A stretch of 64,000 bases of DNA from Chiloscyllium plagiosum (taxonomy: Eukaryota). Each line of letters begins with the position of its first letter. The first letter of the stretch is position 1. The position numbers were made by a program, and so were the translations under genes. The stretch is from NCBI RefSeq assembly GCF_004010195.1, contig NC_057717.1:104817904-104881903 (forward strand), read 5' to 3'. The notes under the pieces were generated by a model. It had not been told where the DNA came from and made no database searches. It saw only the letters and a program-made list of their open reading frames with translations. This document shows, piece after piece, positions 26,670-40,298 of this stretch.

Positions 26670-28430
26670 TAGGATTGATGAGGTTAGTGCAGTTGATATT
26701 GTCTACATGGATTTTAGTCAAGCATTTGATAATGTTCCACAAAACAGACTGGTCAGAAATAATAAATCCCATGGGATACAGCCAACGTACATTTTAAAAG
26801 TTTGTGTTTTAACAAGTGTCCCAATTTATCAATACATTATAGCAGAATGACCTTTACTTTGTATCTTTATTCACTGAGCAAGAAAACAAAAATCTTTCAG
26901 AACTAGAGACTCAACTGGCTTAGAAGAATGAGGAGTTTGAGAAATTTAGCATCAGTACGGAGACTGTATTGGTGAAAGTAATGGGGCTGAAAGTTGACAA
27001 ATCCCGAGGACCAGAGTGTTCAAAGAGATAATTATAGAGATAGTCAATGAATTGGTGCTGATCTTCCAAAAGTCTATAGATTCTGGAATGATTACTGTGG
27101 ATTGGAAGGTAGTCGACATTCCTACGTCACCCCACTATGTAAGAGAGTGAGAGAAAACACAGAGAATTACGGACCTATTAAATTTACATCAATAGTAGAG
27201 GAAATGCTAGAATCTATTATAAAAAATGGGATAAATAGACATCTGATTGATAATGACCTGATTGGGCATAGTCAGCAAGGATTTGCAAATGGAAAATCAT
27301 CTTTGATAAACTTGGAACTTTTTGAAGATATTATTAACAAAATTGACAATGGAGAGCTGGTGGACTTAGTAGATATATTCTAAGCGAAGAATGTTCAGAG
27401 ATGTTATTACATACATCTGGAGCAGATGGGACTTGAACCCAGACCTTGTGACCTGTAGGTCGGGACACTATCACTGCACCATAAGAGATCATTAGTTTTG
27501 GGGAGAAACAATGCACCCAGACCCTGTGATAAAGTTTCTTTTTAATGTTAACCTGTTCAGATGTGTTATGACCCACCTCTGGAGTAGATGAGGGCATCTA
27601 CCTCAGAGGTAGGGATCCGCTGGGCCTGTATTCTCCGGAGTTCTGAAGAATGAATGATAGCCAGGGATAGTTACAGTGGATTCAGGTAAAATGTTTCCCA
27701 TGGTTAGGGAGTATAGAGTCAGGGGCACAATTTAAAAATAAGAAGGGGGCTACTTGGGTCTGAGATGAGTAGAAATGTGGATTTTCAGTCTTTGAGTATA
27801 TTTATTGTAGAAATTGATAGATTTCTGATTATCAATGACGTACAGTGTTATTGGGATGAAAAGTGCTGAAGAGTCCGATCAGCCATGGTCATACTGAATG
27901 GCATGATAAGCTCAATGGGCTGAATAGTCTACTCCATTTCTATGTTCCTATAGCTCCAACAGACTACAGAGGAGATAATGTAATAATGTTGCCACAGTTT
28001 AAAAATTGTAGCCGCAAGGAAAGAGGGATAGGCTAGGGTGTTTTCCTTAGAACACAGGAGGCTGAGGGGAGACTTAATGGAGGTGTACAAAATAATAAGT
28101 GGCTTAGATAGAGGGGACAGGGAAGGCCTGTTTCCCCTCATGGGAACGTCCTAGTGGAACAGACTTGAGGTAAACAATAGGAGGCTTAAAGGAAATGTGA
28201 GGAAAAACATTTTCATCCATTGGATATTTTTTTCAGTTCACTATCCAGGCAGGAACTCTCAACTCATTTAAAAGGAAAATGGACCAGTACCTGGAGCACT
28301 GTAACCTGTAAGGCTATGGATCAGATGCTAGAAAATGGGATTAGAATGGGTGGTTAGTTTACTTAGCTGGTGTAGATACGATGGACTGAGTGGCTTTTTT
28401 CATGCTGTAATATTTCTATGTTTCTACTCT
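26670..28430 (+). mobile_element. Cluster of decayed CR1 LINE fragments
   Basis: AVDIVYMDFSQAFDNVP, ENYGPIKFTSIV..SQQGF and RRLRGDL-type motifs. Confidence 0.75.
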
Positions 28431-29860
28431 TATTTAGATTTATTAAACTTAAAACTGAACCGTCAAAAGCGGAAAGCACAAAACTGAGATGAGCAAAAAA
28501 AAGCAAAGTGAAGATGCAGCTGAGATTGTTAACACACTCAGTGCCATCCTTACTTACCAGAGCGCAAATGAAATCCAGCACATTCCATGCAGCATGCAAT
28601 CAGTTAAATGTACAGAGTTCAACATGAGCTGCTTTGCAAGGCAGGAAACTGGAAGAACAAATTTATTTTTTAAAAATTCTGTCCCTCCCTCTTTTCCATT
28701 TTCTTTCATTGATTTTTCAGTAGTGTGAGAGCAATTGAGCTAACACAGCATATGCCTCAACCAAAGGCTGTGCAATGCATCAATAACAAGAATACACAGC
28801 TGCATTCAAATGCCTTGGTTATCAATTCTTGGTGAACTTTGTTTACTGTGCTTATTGTGTTATGGAATTGAAATAGAATGTGCTCACAGTGTCAGTTCCA
28901 TTTACCTAAGGGTCAGATCAAGTTTAGAGTAAAGATGTCTGTACTCAATCAAAAATGATGTCTCACCTTAGAGGGAAGAGACTGGCCTAATGGATTGGCA
29001 GAGGACTGAGAATATAGGTAAATATGGTCATATTACGATGAAGGGCTGGGAACATGCAGCAAGATGAGAAGCTGCTCTCACTCATGAATATTCTTTTACC
29101 ACAGGGCAGGTTATCTAATGGTGCCACAAAACTTATTGCTCACGCAACTGTTAACAGCCAATCAGGATGTCAGGAAGCTCAATTTGTGCTCACTTATTTG
29201 TGCATAGTGGGGAAAATGGGCAGGGGTGGGATCTGGAGGAGTAGATTGGATTGATCTGAAGAACTGTCCCAAAACCTGATTGACATAAATCATTAACCTT
29301 AAACATTATTCCATTTCCACCTGCAAAGTCAACCAGTGAGAAATTAAAATGCAAGTAACAAAACTGAACTGATGAATATTAATGAGAAAACGAAGCAAAA
29401 TGAGAGATTAAAAAGAAATAATGTCATACATCATTTACCAGTTTGCTGCACTTTTACATGAAGAACAGAATTATACAATGTTATAGTTCAATTGAAAATC
29501 TCTAGTGGTTTGCATGGAGTGATTTACATGGAATTCATAGAATTGCAAGATTGACACTGTCCCATTGCAAGAGCAAAGTTCAAGGTAGGGTTAAAGGTTC
29601 CTTGGTATCTGTTATTTCTCAGAAAGGATGCTGGCATACTTAGCAATTATTTTGTATAATTTAGTTCACAGCTTTTTCTTTTGTCATTTCCTATTCCAGA
29701 GATATGAAGGCCACCCTAGTTGAAACCAACTAAGCACAGACCAGATATTACATGCAATATGATACTCCGCATTTTGCTGTTTAGATCCGAGAGAACAAAA
29801 AATCAATTGAAATCCAGATAAAATATATCATAACTTTACAAAAATTACATATATTTCACT

Positions 29861-29989
29861 TGATGATGGGGCTTTTGCCCGAAACATCGATTTTCCTGCT
29901 CCTCGGATGCTGCCTGACCTGCTGCATTTTTCCAGCACCACTCTAATCTTGACTCTAATCTCCAGCATCTGCAGTACCCACTTCTGCCA
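29861..29989 (+). mobile_element. Family A PLE-derived short insertion
   Basis: Decayed hammerhead at the start; TSD atatttcact at 29851-29860 and 29990-29999. Confidence 0.75.
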
Positions 29990-31536
29990 ATATTTCACTA
30001 CTACCTATCTACAACTAATTTATGAATATGAATTTTAAAACAAGTTGAATTGTAATCCATTTTGATTTCCTCAATGGGTAACCATCACCTAGTGCAATCA
30101 CTGTACCATCATCAATGAACTGTATATTTTTAAAAGACAAAAAACTAAAGTGAAATTTTATATAATAAAAGGTTACATTATTAGGACCAAGAAAGCTCTA
30201 CACTCGACATACATTATATTTTCAATACCTTGATGTACAGATTGTATATAACAACATCCAACACAAGTTATCTGCAAGTTTTAATGATCCAGTTATACTT
30301 TGAAATGTGTCTCTCTTTGATCTCTTTAAACCCATGAATTTATTATTATAGTTGAACTAAAGCCCAAAGCACCAATCTAAAGTTTTTTCAAGGCCTTCAA
30401 CATCCATCATCAGTAGTAGCTCAGTAGCACCACTGCTGACCAAGCTGATGGAGTTCTGAAGAACAGTTCTTCCAAATTGGGACCAGTGCAGGTGGTGAGA
30501 AAATCAAAATGAGGGAAGAACCTATTTGACCTTGTCTTCATTAACTTACCTGTTGCAGATGCATTTGTCCGTAACATCATTGCAGGAGTGATCAATGAAC
30601 AGTCCTTGTGGAGATAAAGTTTCAGTACCTCAATGAAGAATTGTATGGCAATTGTAAGGGACCATATATTTTTCCTTTTGAACCATAACCTGGACTGGAA
30701 TATTCAATGGTATACAGCTAAAATACCAGTAGAGTTTTTCAACTTGAAAACCAAGTTGGATTGTGTAGTGTACAGTTTCAGCTGTAGAAGATAATGTTGT
30801 TTTTGGAGATGTGAGTTGTTACATTATGAGACACAGTGGCATCAAGGTCTCTTAGTTAAGGAAAAACTGCCTGATGACTGCTCTCAGATTGGTCCAACTA
30901 TATTTTGTTACAGACCTGCAAGAAGAGTGCAGCGAGAAACATTCAGAGCCCGCAAATGGAAAATATCTTTCTCTCTCCCTTCTTTTTGCATGTGTGAAAA
31001 GACAGAAAACCTAAAGACTCTAAAAATAAAGATTCTAAAACAAGAAAAGACCTAGGTCCATGTGATCAGTCATCAAATCAAAGAATGATCATGGTTCTGC
31101 AGATGACATTGTGTTATCATTGTTAAAATCAAAAGAATGATGAGAAATAACTCACTACATTGGTCTGGATTCTTGACCTACAGAATTTATTTAACTGTCT
31201 ATATTTTACACCCGTAATATTTATGTCAAATAGTCTGGCTTTTGTCTGTCTTATTCATGAATTAATGTGTGAGAGACTGCAGTTTTAAAAGGATACTATT
31301 CAAGGCACATAATAGTGGATGTGTTTCTTTAGTCTTTGCCATTTGTTAAAGAGTAAATAAGTTTGTTTACAATAAAAAAGGTTTTTTTTTGTGTTAATGA
31401 TACAACCTAGTGTGAATTGATTTTGTCCACAATAGCAGTCAGGTAAAATGAACACGTTCATGACTTAAGTGGGTATTTCTACATTTATGATGGCTTGTTG
31501 AATAGCGGAGCTGGTTTTTGGTACACACTGTCCAGT

Positions 31537-31855
31537 TTAGATTAGATTAGATTAGATTACAGTGTGGAAACAGGCCCTTCGGCCCAACAAGTCCACACCG
31601 ACCCGCCGAAGCGAAACCCACCCATACCCCTACATTTACCCCTTACCTAACACTACGGGCAATTTAGTATGGCCAAATCACCTGACCCTGCACATTTTTG
31701 GATGGTGGGAGGAAACCGGAGCACCCGGAGGAAACCCACGCAGACACGGGGAGAACGTGCAAACTCCACACAGTCAGTCGCCTGAGGCGGGAATTGAACC
31801 CGGGTCTCTGGCGCTGTGAGGCAGCAGTGCTAACCATTGTGCCACCGTGCTGCCC
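31537..31855 (-). mobile_element. HE1-type SINE (young)
   Basis: (GATTA)n tail; near-identical to the copy at 54824-55136. Confidence 0.88.
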
Positions 31856-34800
31856 AGTTATGATGTAATACAATAGCACCAACTCAGTGTAAAATGGAAT
31901 ACAATCAAAATAAACCTGGCAGCTCAGATTAGATATCCATGAGGTGCTGCAGGCTATCAACAGAATTCTTGATTAGTATCATATCCACAAACAAACATTC
32001 AGTCAGTCCACCACCAATGCTCACTATTCACAAGATGTGTTACAGAAATTCACCAGAGATTCTTTAGCAGCACTTTCCAACTCCAAAACTACTTTTACCT
32101 AGAAGGACAAGAGCAGAAATACATGGGAATACCACCACCTTCAACTTCCAGTCAAAGCCACTCACCACCCTGACTTGGAAATAAGTCACTGTTCCTTCAT
32201 TGTCACTGGGTCAAAATCCTGGAACTCCCTTCCTAACAATACTGTGGATTACAAAACTTTCATGATGACTCCAGGAACAGCAGAACCTGATTTCCCTGCT
32301 CGACTCAAGTGAGTATGATGATCCCTGTATGGATTCTGTTATCCTTACCACTTGCCTTCCCACCTATATTAGTGTCATCAGCTCACCATTGAATCAGGGT
32401 TTCTCCCTTATTAGTGGTAAAGTGAAGTATATGCCACAGGGTGACAGATTATGCTATAATACATCCTTTTTATTAATAACTCATAATTCATCCGCTCCTT
32501 AATCTCACAACAATGCTGTGAGATAACTTAAAGGAGCTGGTTGAATATGGGTCTATGCCTTTTAACTAGTCCCCCTTCTAATTCCCACTCTCATTAGGGC
32601 TGGTAAAATCTTGCCCAGCCTGTCATAAAGCGTTTGTGGAAATCAAATTCTCAAAATAATACATATAAATAATAAATAATATTTAAGTAATATGACAATA
32701 TCTAAAGCAATTTCACCTTATACAACTCAGCTGTTGGCTCCATATAACTTAGGTCCATTTCTTACTAAGGACCACAGTTACTAAAAGTAAAGTACATCAT
32801 GAAAACACATTAAATCAAATGGACATAAAATAAATACAAACTAAAATAAAGAAATGTCAACTCAATTCCTATTACAAATGCCATTTGATGTCAGCACTGC
32901 TTCTATTATGTCAATGTCATGGTATGTGATAACTTCTGCTGCTCCACAGGTGAGTGTGAACAATAGCTCGAGTTTCACAATGGAAAAAGGAAATTATGGA
33001 TTTCAGCTTTACTCACAGAGATTAGAAGTTACAAAATAGTACTTCAAGCTAAATAATGAACTATGCTAATTATTACAGAACCAAAACGCACATTATCAAT
33101 CAGTTTGACTTAATTGGAACTACAAACATCATTGTATAATGGCCTCATTCTCTATATCCAGATCTAATAAGTGACACCAGATGTCAGACCCATTATTGCA
33201 AGAGAATCACAATTTTCCTCTCTATATCCACTCCCCAATGAGGAATCCTGAATTAATCCTCAGATGTGGCCAGAATATATATTATCAATCATACACTGAA
33301 TAAGATTTCAACTATATATGTAAATATGTAAACTCTACCATATAACAAGGACTCAATCTTCCCCACAGACCACAGGATGAACTTTGAACGTCTCACAAAC
33401 AGAGTATGTGGACTTTAGAAAAAGAAACAAAACTACACATTTTCTTTATCTCTTCTGGAGTCCAAATCAACTTCTTGTTATTGTTGTTTTCATACCTTCA
33501 CACTCTTCTCTTAGATGAATTTGAAGGCTAATTAACAGTCGAACAGACCACAATGCAAATATTGCTTTCATGGCTACAACCATCATCATACCAGAAATTT
33601 GGTCCTAAATGAAGCAAGGGTTTATGGGCTTTCAACAACTCACCTGATGGGGGAAAGGAAGGAGGTGTCAGACACCCATTCCGCATATCCCACGAGACAT
33701 CAACTGAGAGTTCAGATCTAGAACTGAAGTTTCCACATTAGGAAATTCTGACTTAAAAATATGAGCATTCTAACTTAGAGGCAACTAGGTTTAGTTGGAG
33801 CACTGTTTAGAATAGGCAGGAGAAAAAAAATATTGAGGTATTAAAACAAAATTACATACCTTCTGCATTTTCTTTTCATTATTTGAATAATGAAGAATCC
33901 ATTCATTTTTCACAAGAATAAAATAGCAAGGAGATGAGAGTGGTTGAGGGGCCAAAGGAGGGAGAGCAGGGTGAAATGATTGGAGACCAGCTATCATAAG
34001 ATCAACGTTTCTACAACTAAAAAGTTAGTGGGCCCACTTGAAAATGACCTAAATTCATTCCTCAGTCTGTAGACAAAACTGTTTGTATTAGATTCAAACA
34101 CAGAGTTCAGAAATTAAACATCAATGAACTAACCTAGTTTCACCTAAACCATATTATTGTACATTTAGCATGCAAACATAATTTTCAAAGTAATTTGTGG
34201 TTTTACAATCCAAATATATTTACATGAAAATAACTAAGAAACACAACAAAACATACAATATAAATACCACTGATGTACAAGATATTATTCTATTTTACAA
34301 ACTTATACAGCAAATATTTTGCATAGAATTATCTTCACAGTTTCAAGAAACACAAAGGTGGGATTTATAGTCAGGCAATGCTGAGATATACTCAATTATG
34401 TCAAATCTGGACTGTATGCTATATATACAAAATATTTTGAATAATTACAAAAGTGATCATGAAGTGAGTTATCTGGATTTTTAGAGGGAAACTAGATTTT
34501 CTGTAATCTGCACTGCATGAGTACTTACATTTGAGTGCAGGCATCATTGTAGTACATTGAGGTCCTAGGGGAAGGGGCTCTTACCCTCTCTGTACTGTTC
34601 AGACATGTGGAAAAAGTGTCAAAGTTCAGAAGCATGTTCTTTGTTACTGAACACCAGCTGAAGTGTATACATCCTGGGATTCTGTATTCATGACTGTCCT
34701 GGTTAATTTTTGTTTTCAAACTTGCTAAAAATTTGATTTAAAATCAACATTGCCTCTTGGGAGAAAATTCAAGTAACTTTATCACTTAATATTCAAGAAT

Positions 34801-37800
34801 ACCAAATTACCTTCAAGGTTTGAGTATTGGATTCTGGAGTGTGGTAGAACTGGCTTTTTTTCAAACCAGGTTAGATGAACCTTAGGTGGAGACACTCATG
34901 TGATATATATTTGATATTACTATCACCATGTTAATTAATATCAGCTAATTGCCATCTTTAAAAGTTTATTTTTCCATTGCTTTTGTAATAATATTGTCAC
35001 TGAATACTGGGGGTTGTCAAGCAGGATTCACTCTGCCTATCTCCAGTTGCCCAAACTTCTGCATTTTTCAGTGCAGCGTGGATCCTCAGCACAGGGAGGA
35101 GAATGGGAAGGAGATTTGCTCCCATCCTAGCCACTTTTCCTTACCTCCTTGCAGCAGGTTTTAGTGTAACACAGGCAGATACTGAGGCCTGTTGAGAACT
35201 CTCATGTTAGTACTCTCAGCTGCAGATGGCACATGACACACCGAAACCCAAGAACAGAGGAGTGTGAAAATGTCTTGGAGAAAGAACTTAAAACTCTTAA
35301 AAGTCTAATTTTAAACAAAATATTGAAAAGCATGTATTTTTCAATTCAGAAAAGTCATCATCTACCAACATCTTGCAACTTAGAAAATTATTTAACTATT
35401 ATTTCATTCAGACTACTATGTCAATAACTAAAAGAGGGAAAATCAAAAAGTTAGCCAGGCCAATCTAACAACTGGACACAATAGTGTTATTGGAGAGGCC
35501 CATTATATACGGAGGCTGAGGTAGGGCATAAAGATAGAAAATTATCATAAAATGACAAGATCAATTAAAATGTAAAAGTATAATAATTAAACAAAAATAA
35601 GAGATTATGCTAACTGGGGCTAATATTTTATGTTCCTTGATTTCAACTGAGCAAAAAAAACGAAAAACAAAATCACTGATTTTTTTTCCTGAAATTGAAT
35701 AACAAAATGCTTTTTTAAATCAAAATGTTCAAGAAATCCAATACTCTAACCATTCCATGTTATGTTAAAATTACAATGTTAGCCTTGCATTTCCAAAATG
35801 TGGAGCTAATTTGAGCCTTGAGGCTACTTGGGCCAGGATTGCCACGTAGCCAGATCAGGAAAGTCAGGTGTATCACAAGATATCTTATCATATAAAAATA
35901 TACAGTTTTTAAACCTTACAAATATCATTTAGCAAATTGCTACACAACAATATGTTCTGAAGGAATGACACAGTTATGATTATTGAAACAAACAAAAGCA
36001 TGTATTAAAAGATGTGATTGAGTTGTTCAGAGCTGGCCCGGCTCAAAGTGCAGCACCATCCATGACAAGATACCTTGTATCAAGTTAACTTTGTTTTAAA
36101 ACTTCCCCACGCTTTACTCCCTTTGCTTCCTGCAGGTGCCAAACCTAGTTGGGGTATATCACTATAGACATTAGCAGCTCTCCAGTACCATTTGACAATC
36201 TGATAAACAATGAGAATTTTTAAAATGCAATTTTTTTAGAATTGTAAGATGTCACTTATAACTACAGACAAGAATTAGGTATTATTCCATCCGTCATTTT
36301 AGTAAAGATGTTAACTTGATAATGACACACAAGCACATTAGGAATTTTGTATACTATTATCAATTTATGAATTACTATTCAGCTGTTGATACTTTGAATT
36401 TATTCAATATTCAGTTTCGGAAGTTTGCAAGACAACCTTGGAAAATTACTTCAGGATAACAAGCTGCCAAACATTTCAGTTAATTTCTCAACTACCGCCC
36501 TGAGGTAATGGCTGTGTGATTTCAACTTGGATTCCTTACTTTCACAATGTGAGCCTATGATGTAGATCTCTAAAATAAAAATCATTTTAGGCATCTCAGT
36601 TGAGCCTGATTCTGCCTTAGCTTAATGTTCACATACAAGTACCTTACACCATAGAATGCTGGTGATGAACAGTTGGAAATCCAATTGATTTCCTTTAATG
36701 TACACTCATTGTTCTTCTCGCTGACATAGCAATAGTAAACAAAGACTAGTTTAACATTTTTTACTTCTGTTTTCCTCAGCTCTCCTGAAGGCAGCTACTC
36801 TTGGAGGGTTATGGTTTTACAAAGGCTACTGGCTTTCCGGTAGCTCACTCAAGTAACTACATGTAACAGAATGGCTTTTCAGACAAATACTGAAGGGAAA
36901 TACTCTACAGTCAATAAAAAAAAACCTCTTTTGAAGGACCACATTTCTCAAATTTAAGAAAGAGCAGCACAGAGGCAATGGTCCAAATGTCTCTCTTCTG
37001 TGCTATAATCATCTACAGTTTTATGATGCCCTCCTATAGCAAAAGGCAGAGAGGAAGGAAGGGAATAACTGGGTTTCTAGAGGGGATCATGAAAATCTAA
37101 TCTGTGGTGATATTTCTAAATATCTTATTTAAAATGTTTAATTGTAAGTTTTAGTGAAGACTTTGACTTCGCAAAACAAAATCGCCTTAATTAGTGAGAA
37201 TCTATTCATTAAAATCTTGACTTACAATGTTGTTATAATCGTATTTATAGAAAATTTATTAACTTCAAATTTACTTTAGCCTAAAGAGTCTTCCATGGAA
37301 TTTCTGAGAGATAATCTGGAACATGGGTTGATGCCTAGCTTCTAAGATGAAGCTGCACTTAACTTGGGCAGTTCCTTTAAGGTTACGTCTCTGGCACTTC
37401 CTGGAATGAAGTAGTCTAAATAGGCATGTTCAGAAATCTAAAAGAGTGTAATTACTGGAGGAATATTATTTATATCAGCTGCCCCCTTCGATTTATTTCC
37501 CCTCTCTTTTCCTTTTTGGTTGCTTAATCCTGTCCCTTAACCTGCATGTACAATCTCAGTTGCTGTTGGGACAGAGGCTTGGTTACCAAAGTAAAAATAG
37601 GGGGAAATTACTATTCTGTTTTGTTTATACTTTAACATTCATTCTTTGACATTAATACACATATTCATTATTTTTCCCTTCATTTATTTAGTGAACTTTG
37701 TATTTTTAAAGAAAAGTATCATTAGCAATGTTGAATGGAACACTTGCTCAGTTCCTGCTATCAGTTTAAATGTTTGGTAAAGTAAAACATCCTCAACTCT

Positions 37801-37904
37801 ACCCTAACAAAACACCTCAGTTCTATCTTCAGAGCATAACTGTTTCTGCACCAGTGTCATTTTTCTATTTCTTAGTTTTTCTACCATTTTAAAAAAGAAT
37901 TAAA

Positions 37905-38340
37905 GAGGGAGCTGGGAAGTTTTACAAGGATGATACCAAAATGCAAAAGAAGGATTACTATGCTGCGCCAAAAGACAAAGGAATAACCAATTAGATTATA
38001 AAAGATTTTGACAAGAGTGGATATAGGGACAATATTTCCTCCTGTGGGGAAAACATAACTAGAAGCTATCAACATAAATGATCAAGAAATCCAGTAGGAG
38101 AATTCATAATACTTCCTCACAGAATGACCACAAACAGAGATGAAAATATGAAACTCTTTAGTATAGGGAGTGGTTGAAGTGAACAGTACAGTTACAGTTA
38201 ATAATAGGCTAGATAAGCAGATGAAGAAGAATGAAATACAGGGTTTTGCTGATAGTTTTAATGAGGAAAAACGAGAGGAGGCTCAATTGGAACAATAACA
38301 TTGACATGGATTGGTTGAGTCAAATGACCTGCCTCTTATT
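37905..38340 (+). mobile_element. Decayed CR1 LINE 3' end
   Basis: tttacaaggatgataccaaaa..tataaagattttgac..gtggttgaag pattern shared with other CR1 ends in the window. Confidence 0.55.
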
Positions 38341-39269
38341 ATTTTGTGCCTAGTATGAATTTTTTTAAGATTGCCCAAACTAAATTCATGGAATACTCTT
38401 AAGTAAGAGATGGGAAATTTTCATCTTATGTCTAAACTAGATTTAAACCAAAATTTTAGAAGTCAAGGAACAGCATCTATTTCCAACTCCACCCACAAGC
38501 TAGAAATTTCATGCTTAGATTTAAAAGATTCTTTGTGTTCTATCCAAAGATCTTATATCTAAGTTTCTCCAAGCTTATTTTCCTCCTCTGTCACTCTTTG
38601 TTTCTCCATTGTGCTGAGTGGCTTTCAGGTGTACAACTGATGGCTCTCTCTTTATAAGTATTTTCAGTTGATGTTTGTTTTTTTCCAATTTTATTTCATG
38701 TGTGAGCACTGATTCTTGCATCAACAGCCTCTGGCACTTTGCTCAATTCACCATTTGCATTGTGTAAACTCAAACAGTTTAGGTGTCAGGAAACATTCAA
38801 TCATGCCTCACAATTAATGTTCCAATACTTTCTAATAGGAATTACTGAATAAGACTAAACAGGAGTAATCAGTTTGATCTTTTTCCCTAGTTTCAGAGCA
38901 TTTACTTAGTTGCAGCAGCTTTGTTACAGAAGAGTTGAACCACCAGAAATTAGGAATAAAATCTGCAATCTTTCTGCATGTATGACTGTATTACATCCTA
39001 TGGTGCACATTCCTACTTAAGTCATCGGGAAAGCTCTGACCAATTACTTACCAAAAAATAATCAACTTTTATTTGGGAAAGAAATGTATGCTCAGTAAAT
39101 AACCACAATGTAACGTCTCTAGTCTGGAATTCTTGACATCCACAATAATAGTTGTCTTAAATTTGTTTTCAGCTGGTCCCACAGTTCTCTGACTTATCAT
39201 TAGCAACAGCCCTGGAACCCATTGGGGCGCTGCTGCTGAAGCAGACAATGCATCCAAAGAGCTCATCAC

Positions 39270-39865
39270 AGAATCACAGATCCTCTACACTGTGGAAACA
39301 GACCTTTCAGCCCAACATGTCCACATTGATCCTCCGAACAGTAACCCACCCAGACCCATTCCCCCTACCCTCCTGACTAATGCACTCCCTGAACAACATG
39401 GGCAATTTAGTAAGGCCAATTCACCTAACCTGCACATCTTTGTGATTGTGGGAGGAAACCGGAGCAGCCGGTAGAAACCCAGACACGGGGAGAATGTGCA
39501 AACTCCACATTTCACACAGACAGTCACCCAAGGCTGGAATTGAACCTGGTGTTTTGAGGCAGCAATGCTAACCACTGAGCCTCCATGCCACCCCAAACTT
39601 CTTCAATCTTTGGTAACATATTTAATTGCAAATTTCCTCTGGCTGCTCCGGTTTCCTCTCTACAGTCTAAAAATGTGCAGGTTAAGTGGATTGGCCATGC
39701 TAAATTGCATAGTGTCCAGGTATGTATAGGCCAGGCGGGTTAGCCATGGGAAATACAGAGTTACAGGGATAGGGTAGGGGGTTGGGTGTGGGTGCAACAG
39801 TCTTTGGACAGTCAGTGTGAACTCAATTGGCTGAATGGCCTGCATCTGCACTGTAGGGATTCTAT
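39270..39865. mobile_element. Two adjacent, oppositely oriented HE1-type SINEs (about 39270-39594 on -, 39640-39865 on +)
   Basis: Both share the SINE body (gtgcaggtta..ggccatgctaaattg). Confidence 0.75.
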
Positions 39866-40131
39866 TTTCTAAGTGCCATGTGAGTCCAGGATGTTTGTAT
39901 GCAGACTGAGTTGGGCAAATCTTAATTCAGTTGCTGACTGAAAATGTGTCCAGAGCGCAGGAAAAACTGTGACAGCTGAGTTGGGAAGCTGAGGGCAGCT
40001 TCAAAATTTGCTGTGCTTTTTTTTCCCAGTCTGCCTTTTGAATAAACATCTTACCCCAGCAGATGACTTTGAATTTCAGGCTGACAACCAAAAGTGGTGA
40101 ATGTGCTTGTTTGCCGGATTGTGTGAACAAT

Positions 40132-40298
40132 AGAGAGAGAGAGAGAGAGAGTGAGAGAAATGAGAGAGAGTGTGTGAGAGAAAGTAAGAGAGAGTGAGAC
40201 AGAGAGAGTGAGAGAGAGAATGAGAGAGAGTGAGAGCGAGAATGAGAGCGAGCGAGAGTGAGACAGAGTGACGGGGAGAATGAGAGAGAGTGAGAGAG
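40132..40298. repeat. Imperfect (GA)n microsatellite
   Basis: Direct reading. Confidence 0.95.

Noticed and set aside
36074..36199. Exon-like segment in intron 18 (cag acceptor at 36200-36202, possible donor near 36073)
   Set aside because: All three frames hit stops; the phase-compatible frame ends in TAG, and the donor is weak.
39069..39269. ORF MMSSLDALSASAAAPQW... as a hidden exon
   Set aside because: It abuts a SINE tail, lacks convincing splice sites and has no channel similarity.
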